Below, piece after piece: positions 12,329-24,000 of a DNA stretch of 47,172 bases. Location: contig WELA01003381.1 of assembly GCA_009602735.1 (NCBI GenBank), forward strand, positions 1 to 47,172. The letters are read 5' to 3'. The notes under the pieces were generated by a model that worked only from the letters and a program-made list of their open reading frames with translations, had not been told where the DNA came from and ran no database searches. The stretch's first letter is position 1; each line of letters starts with the position of its first letter. Origin of the DNA: Mesotaenium endlicherianum. Taxonomy: Eukaryota. Both the position numbers and the translations under genes were made by a program.

Positions 12329-14608
12329 ATGACATTACCAAGAGTGCAAATTAACCCAAACATGCCTAGAGGAGCAAGTGGCAAATTTCTGAAGAGGAAG
12401 AAAACAGGTGCTGAGAATGCACCTGTAGATACTTCAAAGAGGCTAGAGAGTAAAGTAGAGAGATACAAGTCTGAAATGCTAAAATATGCAGATGAAAACG
12501 GAAGCCTGAAGAAGAAAACAACTGATAGGGAGGTACAGGTTGCTCGGCAGTTCATGGGCATGAAGAAAGACTTGAGAGGAGCTAAGAGAGAGATAAGGTA
12601 CCTGAAGCAGAAGGTGTCTATGGCAGGCCCTCAAATTCCTCCAACAAAGCGTCGTAGAGTAGGTGGAGGATCTGCAAGAACATGGCAAAGAATGAGCAAT
12701 GACCTGAAGCTATTTATGGGGGACAAGTTTGGATGTGAGACAAACATGACCAAGTCATTGACAGCCTTCTTGAACAAGCCAAAGAACAAAGACATGCTGG
12801 AAGCTATTACAACAGAATTGCACCTGAAGCCAATCATAGAGGAGGCTACAGTGAAGCAAATACAGGCGCAGTGGGATGACAGGTTAGGGCTTGCTATCAA
12901 GTACAAGTCGAAGCTTTCTTAAGAGCAATACCAAATGCTTGTCAACATCATGTCAAAGACATACTCTCAAGCAACAGGACTATAGGAGCCCAACACCAAG
13001 ATTCCCCTTCCCAAGCTGCTTTCCAGGAGGAAAGTAAAGAACCTGGCAGCCAAGATCTATGCTCAAGTGGGACCCCAAGAGAGTGCAGATGGGCTGACAG
13101 TGACCTTGTCATTGCAAGAGACTTTAAGACAACGCATACTAGAATTGCAGCTCCAACCAGGCAGAGTAGTAAGCGTGCAGATTATAGGAGACGCAGCAGC
13201 ACTCCACAGGGGAGTGGACCAGACTACAATAGCTGTCAAAATTATAACAAAGGACAGCTTGGGCATGACAAACTCAGCAGCTAATACTTGCACCCTCGTA
13301 TGCTTTGAAGGTCAGGATGACTACAATAGCATACAGGGAGTGGCTTCAAGGCTACTGGAGGAAATGGGCACTGCCATTACAGCAGGCCTGCATGTAGCAA
13401 AGGACCTATTCAGAGTCAAGTTCTATCAAGGTGGCGATTACGAATTCAGTAACAGCTTGTTTGGGCTGACTGGAGCAAGCTCAACATACCCGTGCTTATG
13501 GTGCCTATGCACGTCGAAGGACATCCATGACAGGTGTCACCGCGGTGCCCTTTGCACCTTAGAGGGGATGAAGGCTGCAGCTCATGCCCCTGACTTGGGC
13601 AAGTTGCCAATGACGTGTCCACACAGCTCAAAAGATTTTGAGAGTATGTCAGACCTGGACAATGACATCATAAAGACAACGCGGGGCAAGCCACAGAAGA
13701 AGAGTAGATTGGACTACCAACTCCAGCACCAAGGGCAAAGGCATAAGAAGCCAGCATTGTTTAATATACCTCCCAGTGACTGTGTTGTGTTCATATTGCA
13801 CTTGAACTTGAGAATCTCAGCTACACTGCATGAGAGAACTTTGCATGCATTCTTACCAGCAGGGCAGGACAAGGAGGATGAATTCTATAAGCTCTTGAAA
13901 GAAAAGGTGAAGGCATCAATACCTAAGGAGGCTGTAAAGGCCTTGAAGAAAGGCGAGAAGAGAAACAGGGCAGCCAAGCCAAGCTTCATTGGACGGGAGT
14001 GCCACCGCCTCCTCGAGCACTTTGTAAAGCTGGCAGAGTGTGTCTTTTGTAACCTGCCTGATGATGCAGAACAGCTACAAGCCGTGTTAGAAGCATGGGA
14101 TGCTTATGGAGTGTGCTTGGCTGGTCTTATGGAGCCAATATCTGCACTAGACACGGGCAACGAGAGAGAAGCTAAAGCTTCTCTTGTGGAGGCCCTTGCT
14201 GAAGACTATGAGGACAAGTTTGTAGTTGCTTGCGCAACAGACCACATTACTGAGTACATGCACATTTCGAAGGGCCACATAGGGGATAATATCTGGAGAC
14301 ATGGGGACCTAGATCAATTCAGTGGGGAAGGTATAGAGGCATTGCATCAATGGAGGAAATCAGCCAAGACCAACAAGAGGAAGGTGATGGTGGACGCTAC
14401 AGGACGAGTGTATTGCAAAGGGAGAATAGGCCAAACAACACATCAAGAGAGTGGGAAGAGAGCTCTATCTACCATCATAGAGCTACCATTGAGTAGAAAT
14501 GAAAGACAAAAGAGGAAGAAGGTGGTGTTCAAGCGACGACAGTTGGCACCAGTCGTGACAAGATCTAATCCAGCAGACATGAAAGAAGCAATTGGAGCAG
14601 GAGAGTAG
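12329..14608 (+). pseudogene. RAG1/Transib-like (Transib/Chapaev-type) DDE transposase, ~760 codons, two in-frame stops
   Basis: ORFs 12329-12922 and 13067-14608 are in one frame (stops at 12920, 12983). LAIKYKSKLS*EQYQML ~ RAG1 LAIRVNTFLSCSQYHKM. IIGD (D, 13190). GGDYEF..LFGLTGASSTYPCLWC (D, 13436; CxxC). LHLNLRI. TEYMHISKGH..RHGDLDQFSGEGIEALH (HxxxxH; E, 14336) ~ RAG1 TNYFHKTLAH..RDGSIGAWASEGNESGN. Confidence 0.85.
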
Positions 14609-15790
14609 CTAGAATACATGCTTAGTGTAGGAAGAAAACATTAAATGAAATGTACAATATGTACGTATGCAGCTCACCTGATTAGCTGGAGTCTTTCTTC
14701 TGTTGGCAACTACCTCGCGCGCTCTCTTCATAAGCTCTTTTGATGACAAGTGCTTGCCTTCTCTTACCAAAGCTTGCATTGCTTGAGCATGCTCCTTCTC
14801 TTGTTGCGCAATCAACCTGTCTTCCTCTTCTCTATGTTGAAGCACTTGCCTCACTTCATCTGCAACCTTAGCTATTGCCTCTCTCATAATTTGTATAGCA
14901 GCTTGTTTAGCTAGCTTAGAGGTAGTAGGAGGTTGAGGTGCAAAAGTAGCATGAGAATCTGCTTTTCTTTTAGCAGGTGTGCGCAGATCCTGTGATCTTT
15001 GCATTCTCAACTCACGAGCTGCTAAATCAGCAACTTCTTGCAACTCACAGGCTCTCTTGTAGTTCTCCCTCTCTCTCTCAATCCTCTCTTGTTCCTTCTG
15101 TAGCAAGTTAGCTTTTGCAATTTGTGCTACCTCTATTATGGCATCCATAATTTCAAGCCCATGTGCTTGCATCCTAAGAGGGTAATCTGCAAGTTTATAG
15201 TGTATATGGGTGCTAGTATCAACATGATGATGTGCCTTCCAAACAAGTCTGTCATTACAGTGGTCAGGGGCCATCACAACATGCCCCCCCCTGTTTAAGA
15301 CTGAAAATGAAAACTTTAAAGTGAAAGTTTTCTCTCCAGACTTGTTCATCCTCCATTTCATAAAAAGGGGGGACAATAACTACCACCTCTCCTGATTTTG
15401 GGAGGTAAATTTGGCTGCCCCATAGCCCAAATCAGCATTCACAGATTGAAAGCAAAGAAGAGCATCTAAATCCTCTATAGTCCAACACACTCTTCGAATA
15501 CTTTGAGACACCATGGGCTCGGTTTTGGTAATATAGTGGGACACTTCTTTGCCTACATGTGCAAAAAAAGTCTCAAACAAGTTCTTAGGCACGTTCACAT
15601 CACTAATGCAAACACTTGCTTGAGGAGTAGAGTCTATCCTCTTATAGACACGTCTTCTATAGTTAACAAGCCAGCCCATAGGGTCCACTTCTACAGCCCG
15701 CATGAAAGACTTGTTGCACTTCTGACAGTTGGAAAGTCCCACACCTCTTGATGCACCACAGTTGCTGCAGTAATTGGGAAATGACGCCAT
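14609..15790 (-). pseudogene. Unknown protein (~390 codons, one in-frame stop): N-terminal C4 zinc ribbon, globular middle, coiled-coil C-terminus; convergent partner of the transposase
   Basis: ORFs 15380-15790 and 14609-15376 are in frame across a single TAG. CSNCG...SNCQKC near the start. E/Q/R/A-rich helical C-terminal half. Confidence 0.65.
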
Positions 15791-16462
15791 GCTATAGAGG
15801 GCGGTCTTCCCGACCTGGTTCTAATCGTCCTAGCCCCACCCCAAAAAAGAATGAAGGTAAGAGGTGAATAAGTAGTAATATAGTACTAAAGGTGTATTAC
15901 TATTGCTCTCCAGCTCGATCTTAGGTAAGTAGGAACTTATCGTTGATGTAATAATGAATCCTCAAATATGCTCCCAACCCTAAAGACTGCCCCCCAATCT
16001 GCCTCCAAGGCAAAAGTTAAGTAAATATGATTTTTTCCCTTCTTATGGGGCTTATGTTGATACTCACAATTGACTGTGTTTCCCAGGCTGCTCGTACCCC
16101 TCCTCACAAAATTATCTCTAAATATCTAAAAACGAATTTGTCCAAAAATCTATGGGGCAATTATGATCCAAAGCCGTTTCTGGTTCTTTCAACGCAAAAA
16201 ACAAGCATTAAGTGGCAAACGCGACTTTTCGGCCAAGTCTGTTCGTCGTCAGGGGTCCTATTAACAGACGCGCACGTGCACGGAATGAATATTGAAACAT
16301 TTTTTTTTTTGAAATGGTTTAAATCAAATAAAGCGGAACGAAGCGACTTGGCTCTATCTACTTAATTTATATATCCTCCTATTATTTGAATTTTGCAAAT
16401 ACGGCGAAATACGCCGCGTTATACGCCGCCAAAGGACCAATACGTGTGTATTTCATAACTAG

Positions 16463-17195
16463 GCATACAGTGACCTTTTGTCATGGAGTACTTGTGGCCA
16501 ATTGATTCATTTAAAGTCTCAAAAATTTTGGAAGAAAAAAAGGCAAAACACTCAAGGACCATCAAACTTTGGCTTCTCCTCTTTCCGTCTCACCCATCTC
16601 TCAATATGATTTTGGAGCACCAATCTTTGATGAAAGATCAACAATAGCCTTGTAGGCAGATAACATGTCTTTCCATTTGAAATTACATTGATCCGGTGTT
16701 CTAGCGATCCCATAAAGACCCATTAATTCAAAACTTGCTAGCCACTTCTCAACTGCTAATTGGTGAACCGATTTCCTCTTGGTAGAGAACCCCCCTACCC
16801 CCCACGAATTTACCTTTTGCTAAGGGTTTCATACCGGCTGCACTCTTCTTGCCCTTAGTTCGCTCTCTCATTTTCATACCTGCCCTTGCACAAGCTTCTA
16901 CAAGACAAAGTATGGCTTCCTCCAACCATAGCTCTTCCTTGGTCGGAGGAGACGGTGCCACTAGTGGTGCGACGGGAAGAGCAACTAATGGAGCAGTTGA
17001 AGGACCTTGTCCTCCAATGCCGACATCAGAATCTGATAAACCCACAAAGAGCAGGACTTGTGCCTCTTCACTAGGATGCGCCGAGTTTCAGAGGGCTCCT
17101 ACATTAACCTCTTGGACCACAACGGGTTGCATATCTTGCATCTCGGCCTGACCTTATTCTATATCTAGGGGAGCTGAGCGTGAAGAAGAAGCCAT
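16463..17195 (-). pseudogene. Trihelix-type Myb/SANT-like DNA-binding protein pseudogene
   Basis: ELWLEEAILCLVEA..., then after a frameshift EKWLASFELMGLYGIARTPDQCNFKWKDMLSAYKAIVDLSSKIGAPKSY*EMGETER. Fits the trihelix pattern R..QC..KW..L...YK.I.D....SYW.M...ER. Confidence 0.75.
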
Positions 17196-17480
17196 TTGGG
17201 TGCCGGAAGTGAAAAGTGGAAGCTGGGTAAGCGAGAATGGTGAAATGAGGCTTGCTCTCGCTACATTAATGCAAATTGGGATAAGGGTCGTTTTATTCAT
17301 TCATGAGTAATTCGTGGATTGGAGGATTGGCGCGAGTTTGCAAACACTTAACCAAAGTTCGGGCGAAAGTTGGCACATGCAGGCAAGTGTTTGAAAATGG
17401 CTACAAAGTACGCTAAGCAATACTTTACAACGAGTTGGAGAAGTCGTTTTTGACTGGTACGTCAGGTACTTCACACGACC

Positions 17481-17981
17481 TGTAGTGAAACAGATAGATA
17501 AAGTACTTAGTAAAATAGAATACTTTATCTAGTCAAAACAAGGATCTTTGAACACAAGTGGTAGCTTCTTGAAAGGGAGATGGCTTTTTCAAAGTTGATA
17601 TATTTCTGGAACTTGGCAAGTACAAGAGTGATTTTGGAATCCCTTTCTATGTTCTAGCTCTTGTTTATATACTTGCTACATAAGTTATTTCTAGTAAGGT
17701 GCATATTGATGTGTTGGCACCCAACACATCCAAAACTTGCCACCTCTTTCTAGAATAATGTAAACATGTCATTTTGACCTAAAAATGGCACATTTGACTT
17801 TTGCCACATGGAGTTCTTCTAAGGCCTTCCTCTAACTTTGAAAATGCCTTAGAAGGTTCAAAGGATATGAACCAAGTCACTAGAGTATCTATTCACACTT
17901 GAATACACACAATACTACTCAAAATGTATTTAAAAGCATTGAAGTAAAGCAAACTTCTATAATACAATTAAAATCACCACA
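17481..17981 (-). repeat. Solo LTR, family L3 (~500 bp)
   Basis: TGTAGTG...CACCACA termini; 5-bp TSD CGACC/CGATC; reverse complement of 46691-47172. Confidence 0.85.
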
Positions 17982-18245
17982 CGATCAATGACTCCGAAAT
18001 AGAAAGCGAGCAGGTCTTTGTCGATTCTTGAACACTCAATTGACATCTCAAGGCCAAATCGCGTTTTTACCTTTTCTCTTCACTTTTCGTCAGAATTTAA
18101 TTTTAGACGTCAAATAGTTGAATAAAAAAAAGGCTCGCCAAAGTGCACTATAGACGACGAATGTGGACCATTTTTTGAACTACAGGGTATCGCTAGGCAC
18201 ACGCGGGTACAGTACAATAGAATAGAATCCCTCAATTTGGCCCAG

Positions 18246-20947
18246 TGTTAAGGATGCGAATAGATGGGGGAAGCGAGAAGATTGCCTAACAGCGTCAAAC
18301 CCCTGCCACGTGCGTGGCTTCTCAGCACGTGTGCCTTCAACCTGGTCGACGTGTCAGCGGTCCTTCTCGCGTGCGGGGATTCCCTGGTCGTTTGGTCAGT
18401 GCGTTGTTGCACGTGGGAAATTGACTGGGTTGATCGACCTTTGCACGTGTGTCGATGGCAGGCTAGCTGGGGGTTGACCCATTCCTAGTCTTCCTGCACT
18501 TGCATCATGCGATGAAGCATCCCACACTCAGTGCTTCCCATGCTCAACCAGTTCCTCATTCCACACTACCAACTCTTAGTAGAAATTTTAAAAAAGTTAG
18601 CTTATCCTCAGTTTCCCTTACAAGGACAGAAGCGTCTTACTTCCACACAGGCTTTCGCCCAAGTTGGGGGTTACAGAATGAACAAGTTTGTAGTTTGCAA
18701 AAATCATGTCTAAGCAGCTTAACAGGCAATGCCACATTCAGAGGCAATCGCCCTTCAAGGCTTTCGCTTTACTTTCACAAAGTCACAGCTTACAAAACTC
18801 TGAAACTGCACATTTATGCTGGCCTGGTCTGAGCTCTTCGCTCAACACCGCGCCTTAACAGTTCTTCACTGCTTGGCTGGGCTCACTCAATTCTTCACTG
18901 AGAGCTTTACTTGTTAATACTACTCTTGCTATCAGCAATTCAACAATTGAGACTTCTGAGAACTTGGAAACTAACACAGCACTCACCATTTTAAGTGACT
19001 TTCGCAGGCTTGTGGTGTTTGACCTGAATCTGTGCTAATCTCCTAACAGATTCTATTTTGCAGCTCTCTACTTTCTACCAGCGAGATCCCATCTTGGAAA
19101 CTCCTGAGGTTTAACCTTTCTATGATACACTGAGAAGAAATCTTCCAGCGGCGCCAGAAGCATGGCGTCTCGCCTCTTCTGTGGCCTTGGGAACTCCTTC
19201 TTCTTTGCGCTCCTTCTTCTCCTTTCCTTCTGTACCTGTGCTCCTTCAGCTTCCTTGACAATGATGCGAGCAAGAATGAGGCAGCTTCAGGCAGGACTCG
19301 TGCCTTTCGCAGGCACCACACATTATCCTCTCTTGAGAATGCCTGTGCTTAGTTTCAGCGCCTAGCTTGCAAGCCGTCCTTACCTAGTAGCCCTCAAACA
19401 GCTTTAGAAGTTGTCACTCAGCATGCATGCACGCCTTGTGACTGTCATGCGTGACTGCTTAGCCTTTCAGCTGGCAATCACGCCTATGTGGCTGGCGGCT
19501 GGTAGCGTTTGAGATGAACGCTCAAGCCGTGGCTAGTCACTTGAGGGTCTTGGCCGAGGTGGCACACAATGCCTCTGCAACATCCCTGCTGTACTTGGCT
19601 TAGATGGCCGATTGATCAGTACCTTACTTGGCACTTGTTGGGCTGGCTTATTGCTGGTTCCAGGCCCCCAGCCTTTCGGCTGACTACTCCGTCCAAATCT
19701 CCATCCATCCCTGGGTGTGGGGTTTGACGTGTCGTGACCACTTTGAAGGTGATAATGTAATGAATCAGTATATTGGTAGATATAATATTCATTTAAATAT
19801 AATAGTTAACTAAGTTGAGCAGGCTGAACTTAGTTAGTAATGAGCCTGCTGGACTTTACATAATTACCAGTTTAAAGACTCAGCCGAGAGCAGCAGGCTG
19901 AAGTCTACTAGGTCAGCTTGCTGACACATTCTTTGCCAGCCTGCTGCCTTCCGTACTCGGTAGCAACGAACTGCCTAGATATGCATCTAGGTGTGGTGTG
20001 CTAGAGGAATGGCCAGATGACATCCTTAGGATGGATGGCGATTCGGGATGATGGGAGATGGCGGTGGATTTGGTTAACCGAGGTCCTACCAACGTGGTTA
20101 ACTCCCGGGTAGGCGGTGCCATTGCACTGGCCGTTGAATAGTAAACTCATTCCATGTACATATGCTAGGTATTGCCCTCGACTTTGGCATTCAAAAACGA
20201 GGCCAACTCTCTCGTACAGCTTACTGAGAGGGATCTGAATCCAAGGCGAGAAGCCATTGATATGCACTGTCTCCTAGCCTTGCTTATGTGCGAGTTTACT
20301 GATTGTATTATTGATGCTAGTTTACTTCCATTTGACTTATGAGTATTGTCCACTGCTAGTGTGTTGTCTTTGCTGTTTAATCAATTAACAAAAAATACCA
20401 TACGGATTACTTGCTGATATAAGGATCTTCATTAATTGCCTATTTGGTAAGTCGATTCATTTCAGATAACGAATTTGACATAATCGCTGACTGAGATAAC
20501 TCAGTCCTTTGGTCGATGAGTCAATGCTGACTTTCCGTACCTGGGCGGCCGTGACTTGCGCTGCGCGTGCGGCACCGTCAAGTGGATAGCAGTCGCAACA
20601 GCTGTCGTGCCTAACAGCGTCGGACCCTTGGCACATGCGTGGCTTCTCAGCACGTGTGCCTTCAACCTGGTCGACGTGTCGGCGGTCCTTCTCGCGTGCG
20701 GGGATTCCCTGGTCGTTTGGTCGGTGCGTTGCTGCACGTGGGGAATGGACTGGGTTGATTGACATTTGCACGTGTGTTGGTGGCAGGCTAGCTGGGAGTT
20801 GACCCATTCCTAGTCTTCCTGCACTTGCATCATGCGGTGAAGCAACCTACACTCAGTGCTTCCCATGCTCAACTAGTTCCTCATTCCACACTAACAACAC
20901 TCAGTAGAAATTATTGAAAAGTTAGCTTATCCTCGATTTCCCTTACA
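18246..20947 (-). repeat. 3' LTR (family L2) of DNMT-Gypsy 1, with an internal ~340-bp direct repeat and a nested solo LTR
   Basis: Minus strand starts TGTAAGG right after the PPT and ends CCTTAACA. 18284-18622 repeats 20608-20947. Confidence 0.7.
19756..20464 (+). repeat. Solo LTR, family L1, nested in the L2 LTR
   Basis: TGTAATGAATC...GATTCATTTCA with a perfect 5-bp TSD GATAA; L2 sequence is continuous across it. Confidence 0.95.
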
Positions 20948-20959
20948 CCCCTCCCTTTC
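20948..20959 (-). promoter_or_regulatory. Polypurine tract of DNMT-Gypsy 1
   Basis: GAAAGGGAGGGG immediately before the LTR TG. Confidence 0.8.
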
Positions 20960-21029
20960 AGCTGAGGCGCCCCTGCCTTGCCGCTGAAAGCTTCTATCTC
21001 CTAGCTCTGCGGCTGGGAGTTTTAGGAAG

Positions 21030-21158
21030 GGAGTCAGGACATTCCCACCGTCCTGCCATAATCTCTTCTTCACCAATGCAGAAGGTTTGTCAACGGGCAC
21101 TACACTTATCGCAAGTTACCATTGCTTCTTGATCATCTAGCACTATGCAGTAGGCACA
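21030..21158 (-). pseudogene. PHD finger at the integrase C-terminus
   Basis: CAYC..DDQEAMVTCDKCSAR*QTFCIGEEEIMAGRWECPDS: C4HC3 spacing with the W-x-C-x2 motif; W to stop, H to Q and last C to S decay. Confidence 0.8.
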
Positions 21159-21159
21159 A

Positions 21160-24000
21160 GGCGTAGCTGGCACCAATTCCTTAGGCACAACCTTAATCGT
21201 AGGATTCATATTTGGCAAATGGCACAGCGAGCAGTTGTGCACCTGATCTCTCATGGTCTTACGATCAGAACCTTCCATTTCCAACACACCATTGTCGAAC
21301 GCATGTTTCACGTGTAAGATCACTGCACCTGAACTGGTGTCGATGGTGGTCTTGGTCTGGCGCTTGCGGTAGACAAAGTCTCCTTCCTAGATCTGCGTCA
21401 TTTGCAGGCGGTAGGTCCCATCTCGCGTCCTGCGTAACGCTGCGTGTCTCTTTTCTGCGCATTTCTTAGAATGTCGAGGGCAGCAGGCATCATGCGCTCA
21501 AATAACGCCTTGCGGCGTACCATAACCTTTAGCAGTTCATCAGGGTTGTCCAGGTCTTTCACCTGCTCAATCTCCTACTTGATGCAGCTGGGCACAACTG
21601 GACTTTTGCCAAACAGAATCTGATAAGGCGAGTAATTTGCCAAAGCAGCTTGCTTGCTAAATCTGTAACCCATAACCAGCCATGGCAAGGCCAGATCCCA
21701 ATCACGCTTATCATGCTCAAGGAAAAATTTGCGCAAAGCAGACTTAATGGTTTACACCATCCGTTCTGCTAGACCATCTGCTTGTGGGTGGTCTCTAGAC
21801 GTAGTGCGATGGTCAATGAAGCATCTATCCAAGAGTTTCTGAAAAGATCCTTGGAACTCAGACCCTTGGTCTGTCAGCACTTCTGCTGGAGCTCCATGAC
21901 GTATAATCACACCGTTGACGAACGCTTCCGCGGTCCCCAAGCTCTCCTTAGCAGTTAGAGGCACAAACTCTATTCACTTAGAGAAATGCTCAATCATGAC
22001 CATAATGTACTTGTTACCTCGCTTGGACAGCGGTAGCTTACCTGCGAGATCGCAGCTCTACCGGTAGCCTAGGCCCATGATTGGCAGAGGTTGCAGGTGT
22101 GGATGTTGCAGTGTAAAACCAGCCTTGACGCGATCACAGCTTTGGCAGGCCTTGATCACATCCTCACACTGCTGCTTCATGCCCCTCCACCAGTAAGACA
22201 GCTCCAGAAGATTGTACGTCTTCTTGACACCATAGTGTCCAGTGTTCTTGTGCATTTCCTGCACCAGAGCTCGCCTTTTGGTGGGTTTTGGCACAAACTT
22301 CTCCTGACCAGTTTCTTCAATTTTGAAGAGGTTATTGCATTTCGAGCATAATCTTTTAGCTTGATGGCTCACCTGGTCCTTCTCTTTCACAGATAATCCC
22401 TCCATGTGGACTCTCGTCTTCAGCCAGTGCATAGTGGCTTGATCTTTCCAGATCTCTGTATTGAACAGGGGTAGAGGCTCAGCTTCACCTGACGCTACCA
22501 TTCTAGCCATTTTGGCCAAGCAGGCTGCCAACTCTGCTGGGCTGCTCGGATCTTCGTCTTCTCGAGCTCCTGTTCTGTTGTTTGAGGATGGGTCCGGATT
22601 CCTGCTGAGTCCATTGGCGTTGTTGTTGAGTACACCTGCTCGATGCATCACCATCATTTGGTACTCCTGGAGCTTGAGAGCCCAGCAAGCCAATTTACTA
22701 GTGAGGTCTCCATTCTTCATCAACCAGAGTAACGGCGAGTGATCTGTGATCAGCGTGAAGGGTCTCCCCCATAGAGTCTCTCTAAAATGTGCGACAGCCC
22801 AAACCACTGCCAGCAGCTCTCCTTTGTAGGACAAGTAGTTGCTCTCTGCTCGATTGTTAGAGCGCGAGGCATAGGCAATGACGTACTCCTCTCTAGGACT
22901 TGCGGCCTAAGTGACTACTGTGCCGATTCCCACACGACTCCAGTTAGTGTGTAGATTAAACGGCTTGGAGTAGTCAGGCGTTCGCAAGACTGGGGCCGTT
23001 ACCAGCCGCTTCTTGAGCTTGTTCATGGCCTTCTCCTGGGCTTCCGTCCACACAAAAAGTACATCCTTTTTTGAGAGTTCTGTCAAGGGTTTAGCAATTT
23101 TGCTATAGTCCTTCACAATTTTACGATAGTATCCGCTTAGCCCTAACAGAGCTTTCAGCTTAGACACATTTGTAGGTGCAGTATCTTATAAATGGCCTCA
23201 ATCTTTACAGCCTGAGGGGACATAGCATTGTTCCCAATCTCATGTCCCAAGTAAGGCACATGTGCCTCAAAGAATCTGCACTTTCCAGGATGCAACGTCA
23301 TCTGGAGTTTCTCCAGGTGCTGGAACACTTGTTCCAAGTGCTCGAGGTGCTCCTCAATGGACTTGCTCAACAACACTACGTCATCAACGTATGGTTTTGC
23401 AAAATCCAGCCCCTCCAGCACTTTATCAATAGTCCTCTGAAAGATGGCTGGGGCATTTTTCAGCCCAAACGACATTACCGTCCATTGCCAAAGTTCCCTT
23501 CGAGCCCAGAAAGCGGTCTTACCTCGATCTTCGGTTTTCACAGGGATCTGGTTGAAGCCTTGGCGTAGATTGATGATGCTGAACACCTTCCCGATGGTGG
23601 CAATCGCAAAGATCCGCTCTGGTGTAAGCATCACGTAACTGTCCGGCTCCGTGTGGAGATTCAGTCGCCTGTAGTCTCCACACATACGAGTGGTTGTATA
23701 ATTGCTAGCCTCGTCCTTCTTGGCAACTACTATCGTGGGAGCTTCATGTACTGAGGTTGATTTCTCAATCATGCCGAGCTTGTGCAACTCCTGGCAAGTT
23801 TTCTCCACACAGTCCCATTCAGTCTGACTGAGCTTATGCGGCCCAAGTCTGACTGGGTTAACAATAGTTAGTGTGATCTCACACACATTGGCAGTGGTTC
23901 TACCAATCTCCTCCTTGGTGAAAGCAAATACCTTGCGGTGCTTCTTCAGCAGCCTTTCTACTTGAGCTCTCTGTTGGGCTGAGACCGTTTTTCCAGTGGT
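21160..24000 (-). pseudogene. Gypsy reverse transcriptase, RNase H and integrase (disrupted)
   Basis: RMCGDYRRLN, FGLKNAP, PYVDD (RT). LHTNWS, LITDHSPL (RH). H-x4-H...CQSC, TDQGSEF, HPQADGLAERM (IN). Confidence 0.95.

Noticed and set aside
14609..15790. Partner gene as a RAG2 homolog
   Set aside because: No kelch/GG repeats, acidic hinge or C-terminal PHD visible; only the orientation matches.
17481..17981. CACTA transposon end (CACTACA)
   Set aside because: The motif faces the wrong way (element reads TGTAGTG...CAC(T/C)ACA) and has a 5-bp TSD, which fits a solo LTR.
18225..18247. CACTGGGCC... as right TIR of the RAG1-like element, paired with CACTGCGCC at 10842
   Set aside because: Weak match, no TSD, and the TG overlaps the inferred L2 LTR terminus.
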